From the NCBI GenBank assembly GCA_929200395.1, contig CAKMZJ010000022.1:1-24000 (forward strand): a stretch of 24,000 nucleotides of DNA, given 5' to 3'. Positions within the stretch are counted from its first letter, which is position 1; each line of letters starts with the position of its first letter. Positions 18,362-24,000 of the stretch are shown piece by piece. Made by a program: the position numbers and the translations under genes. This stretch comes from an uncultured Gammaproteobacteria bacterium (GTDB lineage: Bacteria > Pseudomonadota > Gammaproteobacteria > Pseudomonadales > Endozoicomonadaceae). Under the pieces are notes generated by a model. The model did not search any database. It was not told the origin of the DNA and worked only from the letters and a program-made list of their open reading frames with translations.

Positions 18362-18615
18362 ATTATTTTCTTAATTATTAAATTTTATTTTTATTCAAGT
18401 TAAGCATTTAAAAAACATATAAAGATTGTTTATATATATTTGCATTGTAAATTTAATATAATGTAAATTTTTACAAGCAATTACTTTATATTTTCAATGT
18501 ATGTATTTACAATTTTAACACTGTAACATTGTTTTTTTTATTTGCTGTAGTTTAACAGATACATATATTTTTAATTGGTTCAGTTTATTTTATATTTTTA
18601 AAAAATTAATGAAAG

Positions 18616-20190
18616 TTAGAATTTATCTGCACTAGCATATTGCCAGCATGCTTTGAATTGTTCAGGTACAGTTGCTTGCTTTAATAATGATGCGGTTTCG
18701 ATATAGTCATAAATTTGATCATAAGATTTAACTGTATTAGCATCGATGCGCTGAAAAACCATTTGTGGTTGCAGCTCACAAGCCGAGTTTAATCCCATAG
18801 CACCTATTATTTCTAAAAAGCTTTTTATAGTATTGTTGTGAAAGTTTTCTACTCTGTTTTTTTTATTATTTATATCTAATCCTCTTATTAAACGTTTATT
18901 TTGTGTAGCAACGCCAACAGGGCAAGTGTTTTTATTGCACTCTCTTGATTGTATACATCCTAAAGCCATCATCATTGCTCGGGCTGAATTACAAAGATCA
19001 GCCCCTAGCGCTATATAACGTATCATATCAAATCCAGTAGCGATTTTACCACTACAGATAATTTTAATTTTATCTCTTAATCCAAAGCCAACTAAACTAT
19101 TATGTACAAAAATAAGCCCATCTTTTAAAGCTGTACCTATATGATTAGAGTATTCCATAGGTGCTGCTCCAGTACCACCTTCAGCACCATCAATAGTAAT
19201 GAAATCGGGGTAGATTTCTGTTTTTATTATTGCTTTACAAATAGCAATAAAGTCAGATTTCTTACCAAGACATAGTTTAAAGCCAATGGGTTTATAGTTA
19301 GATAATTCACGTAATTTTTGTATAAACATACACATGCTTTCTGGAGAGTCAAAAGCACTATGAGATGCGGGAGATAATACATCTTTTCCTAAGGGAACTC
19401 CTCTTATTTTAGCAATTTCTGCGGTGAGTTTTTTTGCAGGCAATACACCTCCATGTGAAGGTTTTGCTCCTTGTGATAATTTAATTTCTATCATTTTAAT
19501 TGCATCAAGATTAGCCTTTTGCTGAAATAATTCTTCTGAAAAATTCCCTTCTGCGGTACGCACGCCAAAATATCCTGTACCTATTTGCATAATAATATCA
19601 CCACCTTGTTGGTGATAAGAGGTTAATCCGCCTTCGCCAGTATTATGTGCAAAGTTTCCTTGTTTAGCTCCTAAATTTAATGCAACAATTGCATTAGATG
19701 ATAACGAGCCATAACTCATAGCAGAGATATTTAGCATAGAAGCATTATATTTTTGCTTGCATTGATTTGAGCCTATAGTAACTCGAGCATCTGCACCTAT
19801 AGGTTTAGGAGCTAGGGAATGTAAGACCCATTCATAACCTTCTTCAGTAATAATAAATTTAGTACCAAAGCCAACGGTATCGTCTAAATTTTTAGATCTA
19901 GAATAGATAACATTACGTGTTTCACGGTTAAAAGGAGTTTCGCTTCTATTATTAGCAATAAAGTATTGCTGAATTTCTGGACGGAAAAATTCTAATATAA
20001 AACGCATATGACCTAGAACAGGATAATTTCTTAGAATAGAATGTTTTTTTTGAGTGAAGTCATGAAGGGTAATAAAAGTTAATACTCCGATGAATCCCCA
20101 AAACCATAAGATATTAGCATGCACAGATAATAAAAGTGCTAATATTGCTAATAGAACAACCCCAAACCCTAAATATAAATTGTGTCTCAT
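18616..20190 (-). CDS. FMN-binding glutamate synthase family protein (GltB-like domain, membrane-anchored)
   Basis: NTGEGGLTSYHQQGGDIIMQIGTGYFG, SPASHSAFDSPESM, FITIDGAEGGTGAAP, Cys cluster CIQSRECNKNTCPVGVATQ; AAGGAGG upstream of ATG. Confidence 0.95.
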   Translation of the reverse strand: MRHNLYLGFGVVLLAILALLLSVHANILWFWGFIGVLTFITLHDFTQKKHSILRNYPVLGHMRFILEFFRPEIQQYFIANNRSETPFNRETRNVIYSRSKNLDDTVGFGTKFIITEEGYEWVLHSLAPKPIGADARVTIGSNQCKQKYNASMLNISAMSYGSLSSNAIVALNLGAKQGNFAHNTGEGGLTSYHQQGGDIIMQIGTGYFGVRTAEGNFSEELFQQKANLDAIKMIEIKLSQGAKPSHGGVLPAKKLTAEIAKIRGVPLGKDVLSPASHSAFDSPESMCMFIQKLRELSNYKPIGFKLCLGKKSDFIAICKAIIKTEIYPDFITIDGAEGGTGAAPMEYSNHIGTALKDGLIFVHNSLVGFGLRDKIKIICSGKIATGFDMIRYIALGADLCNSARAMMMALGCIQSRECNKNTCPVGVATQNKRLIRGLDINNKKNRVENFHNNTIKSFLEIIGAMGLNSACELQPQMVFQRIDANTVKSYDQIYDYIETASLLKQATVPEQFKACWQYASADKF

Positions 20191-20272
20191 AACTAAATAC
20201 CTCCTTAAATTATTAAGTATATACTTAATAACTCAAATTACGCAGTAGAGAAAATTAGCCTATAATGAAGTA

Positions 20273-20416
20273 ATGAATATTGAAATAATTAATTTATACT
20301 CAGATTGCTTAATTTCTTCTTTTGGAAAAACAACAGCAACTAGTATCTCTGAATTATTAAATGGTGTATATGCCGTACAATATAACAGTTTAGCATATAT
20401 TATATCTTCCATTTAG
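20273..20416 (+). pseudogene. truncated transposase N-terminal remnant
   Basis: Short ORF not in the supplied track: MNIEIINLYSDCLISSFGKTTATSISELLNGVYAVQYNSLAYIISSI*. It resembles the N-terminus (YxDYLISSFGxTTATGLSxLLxG) of DDE transposases as I recall them, then diverges and stops. Confidence 0.6.
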
Positions 20417-20477
20417 CGGCACTAGCCATTAGATAAGTATTCTGTTCTAAATGCGTAATAAGATCTTTAGTTTGTAC

Positions 20478-20506
20478 CTTGTAAATGATTTTTTTTCATT
20501 CACAAG
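20478..20506. terminator. 11-bp arm inverted repeat with T7 loop
   Basis: CTTGTAAATGA (20478..20488) / TCATTCACAAG (20496..20506), 10 of 11 positions complementary. Confidence 0.4.
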
Positions 20507-20591
20507 CTATATAATAGAGGGTTAAATTTAATGTAATCAATATAATTTTATTATAATATGGGGAATTAAGAATTCCCTCCTTATTAATATT

Positions 20592-21833
20592 TTACAAGTT
20601 ACCTTCAATGTTATTTACTCTATAACATAACATAGTAGCTAAATCATAATCATTATATTGTAGCATATCATATGATATTAGTGCTTCCACATCAATAAAG
20701 TTTAGTATATTAATTTCTCTATGATATTCTCCATGTGTTATACGGAATACTCTTTCTCTCAAGCCACAGTTAATATCAAAAAATAATATTTCTACCGCGT
20801 CTACTTGTCGTGTTATTTTAAATGCGACCATATGACTTTCAGTGGTAAGTAGATATTTTTCTTGATGATTTATCGGGCTACTGTAATAAAATTGATGGCA
20901 TTGACGTTGTAAATATTGGGTAAGTGAATTTATAGAATGAAATGATAGATTATATTTAAGCATATCGGTATTCAAACTATGATCGCACACAGGAGGTAAA
21001 CCTCTACTAAAAAAAACGACTAGATTAATTGCATTACAGAGTTGTGTAAGCTCGCTACCAGTTTTATCCTTTAGTAAACTACATGGAAATATGTCTTTAA
21101 GTTGGATGCCTATATCTGATAATTTTGTATTTATGCTATAGTGTTTAATCTTACTTAAAGCATTATTAAAATAATCATCTAAACAAAATATATGTTTACT
21201 ATTTAGGTAATTTTTACATGCTATTAAATTTTCTATTGTCAAATTTTCGGTAAATAATTGTGTTTGTATGTTGAAAGTAGCAGCCAGCATTTTATTTATT
21301 TCAGAGTCAATTTGCTTATGGAGGTATTTTTGTTCATCAGAGCAAAAAAAGCTGGATGCTTTCTGTAAATTAAGTTCAAATAAGTTTAAAACATAAGAAA
21401 ATGACATATGCCTACAAAGCCAAGTATCTTCCTCCTTGATGTTAAAGTAAGTTTTTGTTTGATCAAGTTGGTTTTTAAGAGCATAGTAATTTAGTCTTAG
21501 AGTATCACATCTACTAGGGTTAGTTTCTTGTGAGATTTGATTAATCAAAAATTGCATTTTTTGCAGTATAATATTATATTCTTTAGAGTTTGTGAATGAA
21601 CCGTTATAATTAGTTGGGTTTGGGTTTGAAAAAAATGACAAAGTGTGAATAGTGGTTGTTCTATCAAGAATAAATTTCTCTAATTCCCGAAAATTACAAA
21701 ATACAGTGAATTCGTTATTAACCTGTACTTTATTCCCTATTTTATTCAGTGCAACTATTGACTCGATAGGTTTATCAATTTCGTATTTTATTGTTCTTGC
21801 AAAAGCATCTTGCTGTATAGTACTAAATTCCAT
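20592..21833 (-). CDS. hypothetical protein with YopT/C58-like papain-fold motif pattern (candidate cysteine protease effector)
   Basis: Cys in DTWLCRHMSFSYVLNLF (codon 21414..21416), His in TESHMVAFKI (20832..20834), Asp in EILFFDINCG (20775..20777). AAGGA upstream of ATG. Confidence 0.45.
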   Translation of the reverse strand: MEFSTIQQDAFARTIKYEIDKPIESIVALNKIGNKVQVNNEFTVFCNFRELEKFILDRTTTIHTLSFFSNPNPTNYNGSFTNSKEYNIILQKMQFLINQISQETNPSRCDTLRLNYYALKNQLDQTKTYFNIKEEDTWLCRHMSFSYVLNLFELNLQKASSFFCSDEQKYLHKQIDSEINKMLAATFNIQTQLFTENLTIENLIACKNYLNSKHIFCLDDYFNNALSKIKHYSINTKLSDIGIQLKDIFPCSLLKDKTGSELTQLCNAINLVVFFSRGLPPVCDHSLNTDMLKYNLSFHSINSLTQYLQRQCHQFYYSSPINHQEKYLLTTESHMVAFKITRQVDAVEILFFDINCGLRERVFRITHGEYHREINILNFIDVEALISYDMLQYNDYDLATMLCYRVNNIEGNL

Positions 21834-21847
21834 TTCTTTACATCCTT

Positions 21848-21884
21848 ATTGAAATACTAAATCCTAATTGAAATACTAAATCCT
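21848..21884. repeat. two tandem copies of ATTGAAATACTAAATCCT, 19 bp period
   Basis: 21848..21865 and 21867..21884 are identical. Confidence 0.95.
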
Positions 21885-22148
21885 TAATTTATTTATGTGT
21901 AATCAAGAAGTTGCGATTATACCACAAAAAACTATTTATATCAAGTGGTTTCTAATAAAATAGGCGATATTTTTAAAGAAGTTAGGTGGTGGTTAAAGTC
22001 ACTACTACGTGGGAATAGTTAATAAATCGCTTGATTTAGTCGACACCATGAATAATTGAGATTGATAACAGAACTTTTTGATAAAAAATTTGTCTAACTA
22101 CAAGAATAATAGTATTTTCAATAGCCAAACTTAAAAGAATAGCACACA

Positions 22149-22808
22149 ATGAATATTACACCGCTACATAATCCACTAATAAATAACTCTCAAGAAATCA
22201 ATAACCCAAATGTTGCTTCTAGATGGGGTAGTAAAATTACTAGAATAATAACACCTGAAAACTGTGTACGAATCACCGCAGATACTTTAATCACTGCCGG
22301 ATCTATAAGCTCATATATGTTTTTATCAGAACATTATCCTATTACTTCTCTAATATGCGTTGCTATATCTCCATTCGCTATAGATATTGCAGGTAGACTA
22401 ATAACTTGTATATATAGTAGTAATTTACCTGAAAACCAAGAAACTAGTGATAGATCAGCTAATTTAAATAATCAGCAAGTTAGAATAATCACACAAATAA
22501 TTAGAGGAAATCATGGATCATTTGCAACGAAGTCTAAGCTAAAAACTAGACAATTAAAAATAAGCTATAATGAATTAACAGAACTACCTAATAATTACCA
22601 TTATAATAACTCTAAAGTATGTAACATAACTCTAGAACCTTTAGAACAGGGCGATACTGTTTGCTGTGATACCCATCTTTATAGTTTTAAAGCATTAAAA
22701 TTATATTATGAAAAACATATGGGTAATTTAATTCCTCATAATCGTCAACCTCTAGACTGGAACAAAGTTTATCAATTATCAACATACGGTATTGCTCCAA
22801 CTAGTTAA
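22149..22808 (+). CDS. predicted membrane protein with C-terminal U-box-like segment
   Basis: Hydrophobic stretches (TLITAGSISSYMFLS, PITSLICVAISPFAIDIAG), then KVCNITLEPLEQGDTVCCDTHLYSFKALKLYYEKHMGNLIPHNRQPLDWNKVY resembling the U-box pattern (CPIT.e...dPV....g..y...al..y......P..r.pL.w). Confidence 0.55.
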   Translation: MNITPLHNPLINNSQEINNPNVASRWGSKITRIITPENCVRITADTLITAGSISSYMFLSEHYPITSLICVAISPFAIDIAGRLITCIYSSNLPENQETSDRSANLNNQQVRIITQIIRGNHGSFATKSKLKTRQLKISYNELTELPNNYHYNNSKVCNITLEPLEQGDTVCCDTHLYSFKALKLYYEKHMGNLIPHNRQPLDWNKVYQLSTYGIAPTS

Positions 22809-23116
22809 CCTTAAAGTATTAGTAGTACTGCTAATAACTTCCTATTACATTTAGTAATCTAAGGCACGTTATAATTTTAATAACATGTACTTTCAGTAAT
22901 TGATTATATTTTTAGTATGTTTAATTATTTTATGTTTTTTATAAAAAAGGAATAAATTTAATATGTAACCTTGCTTTAAATACACGATATAACCTATAGC
23001 ATAAATTTTTATGTAGCTAAATACTAATTAGAGTGTGCTTTTCCCATTAAATAACGATTCTAGAGAGTTTTAAATAATAAGTAAAAAATTATAAAAAAGG
23101 ATTTTAGGTGGATGAT

Positions 23117-23755
23117 ATGGCAAGGTCAATAAGTAACTTTATTAATATTGAAGATAATATAAAGAATAAATCAGTAGAACCACAAAAAAAAACAGGTGCT
23201 TTCAATCGCAGGAAGGTCAATTTACAAAAAACTGATGCTAATTCTACACATGTAGCTAATAACCAGCAAAAACTTAAGACTAATGCAAGAAGCAAAGCTG
23301 TAGATTATGATGTTAAAAGTGTAGCTGGTCTTAATAAAAATTTTAAAGCTAAATTAGAAACCACTCTAGCAACTAAACCTAAAAAGACAGGTATGATTTC
23401 TCCTAAAAAAAATCAAGAGGCAATGTCTAATAATGCACATTTACAAACCGAAAATAAAACTACTAGCAAGCAGCAGGATGTAGCTCTCCAGCCTACAATT
23501 ACAAATACTTCAGAAGCTGGTGGGCAAACAAAAATACCAACAGCACCACCGGTTCCTCCTGTGGCAGAACATAAAAATAATAAATCTCTAAAAACTAATG
23601 TTAATTATCAAAGACAGAACAATTGGGATGAAATTCCAGTACCAGAACAAGAAAGATCAAGCCAGGGTACAAAAACTACTACTCCCAAAACTACACAATC
23701 ACAAAATATGCTAGATGAGCTATCCAAGGTTTTAGAAAAAAGAAAAAAATCTTAA
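23117..23755 (+). CDS. low-complexity, probably disordered Lys/Asn/Gln-rich protein with proline-rich motif
   Basis: AGGTGG just upstream of the in-frame ATG at 23117 (track start is GTG at 23108); IPTAPPVPPVAE and C-terminal LDELSKVLEKRKKS. Confidence 0.65.
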   Translation: MARSISNFINIEDNIKNKSVEPQKKTGAFNRRKVNLQKTDANSTHVANNQQKLKTNARSKAVDYDVKSVAGLNKNFKAKLETTLATKPKKTGMISPKKNQEAMSNNAHLQTENKTTSKQQDVALQPTITNTSEAGGQTKIPTAPPVPPVAEHKNNKSLKTNVNYQRQNNWDEIPVPEQERSSQGTKTTTPKTTQSQNMLDELSKVLEKRKKS

Positions 23756-23804
23756 AATATAATTTTCTAGCAAATAATCTAAATTGTTGTACTTATTAGA
23801 TAGG

Positions 23805-23846
23805 GCTGGAGATCCCGTTCTTTAATAATTGTAGGGAGTCTCTAGC
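23805..23846. terminator. hairpin between convergent ORFs
   Basis: GCTGGAGATCCC / GGGAGTCTCTAGC: 12 bp stem with one G.U pair and one bulged G, 17 nt loop; no clear T tract. Confidence 0.4.
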
Positions 23847-23855
23847 TGGATATGG

Positions 23856-23999
23856 TTATTTATCATTTAGCTTGTTATCTATTTCTAAATTAATAGGTGT
23901 TATTTTAATTAATAACCCAAGGATCGGGCTATCTATATACATTAAATTTCCAGAAGTCTTTATACTGTTTTGTGCTTCATAACTAAAGTAGTTATATAG
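23856..23999 (-). CDS. 3' end of a CDS entering from the right edge (partial)
   Basis: Open minus-strand frame ...LYNYFSYEAQNSIKTSGNLMYIDSPILGLLIKITPINLEIDNKLNDK* with stop at 23856..23858; too short to identify. Confidence 0.45.
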   Translation of the reverse strand, partial: LYNYFSYEAQNSIKTSGNLMYIDSPILGLLIKITPINLEIDNKLNDK

Positions 24000-24000
24000 T

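Noticed and set aside
23104-23295. Minus-strand 63 aa hydrophobic ORF
   Set aside because: Antisense to the Lys-rich ORF 23117..23755 and likely a composition artefact.

Overview
Strongly AT-rich bacterial window. The left part is housekeeping: a ComEA-like HhH protein, a YibN-type rhodanese, secB, then thiS-thiG-thiH. The rhodanese-secB adjacency suggests a gammaproteobacterium-like host (inference). The middle holds a repeat-bearing hypothetical protein and a divergent pair: a GlxA/AraC-type regulator and a stand-alone beta-ketoacyl synthase. The most interesting part, about 9.6-22.8 kb, is a cluster of eukaryote-like, effector-like genes: an F-box protein with a probable beta-propeller, two paralogous RING + TRAF-type zinc-finger proteins with identical architecture, a divergent classical tyrosine-phosphatase domain whose active-site signature is altered (VNCNLGVIKTG, Arg to Lys), a secreted/anchored RG-rich protein with an RVKR site, a second beta-propeller-like protein, a protein with a YopT/C58-like Cys/His/Asp motif pattern, and a membrane protein ending in a U-box-like segment. 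An FMN-binding glutamate synthase family gene and a truncated transposase remnant sit inside this region. I interpret the cluster as a candidate ubiquitin/phosphotyrosine host-manipulation island. All domain calls were made by reading motifs, without any database or structure search. No rRNA, tRNA or CRISPR array was recognised.
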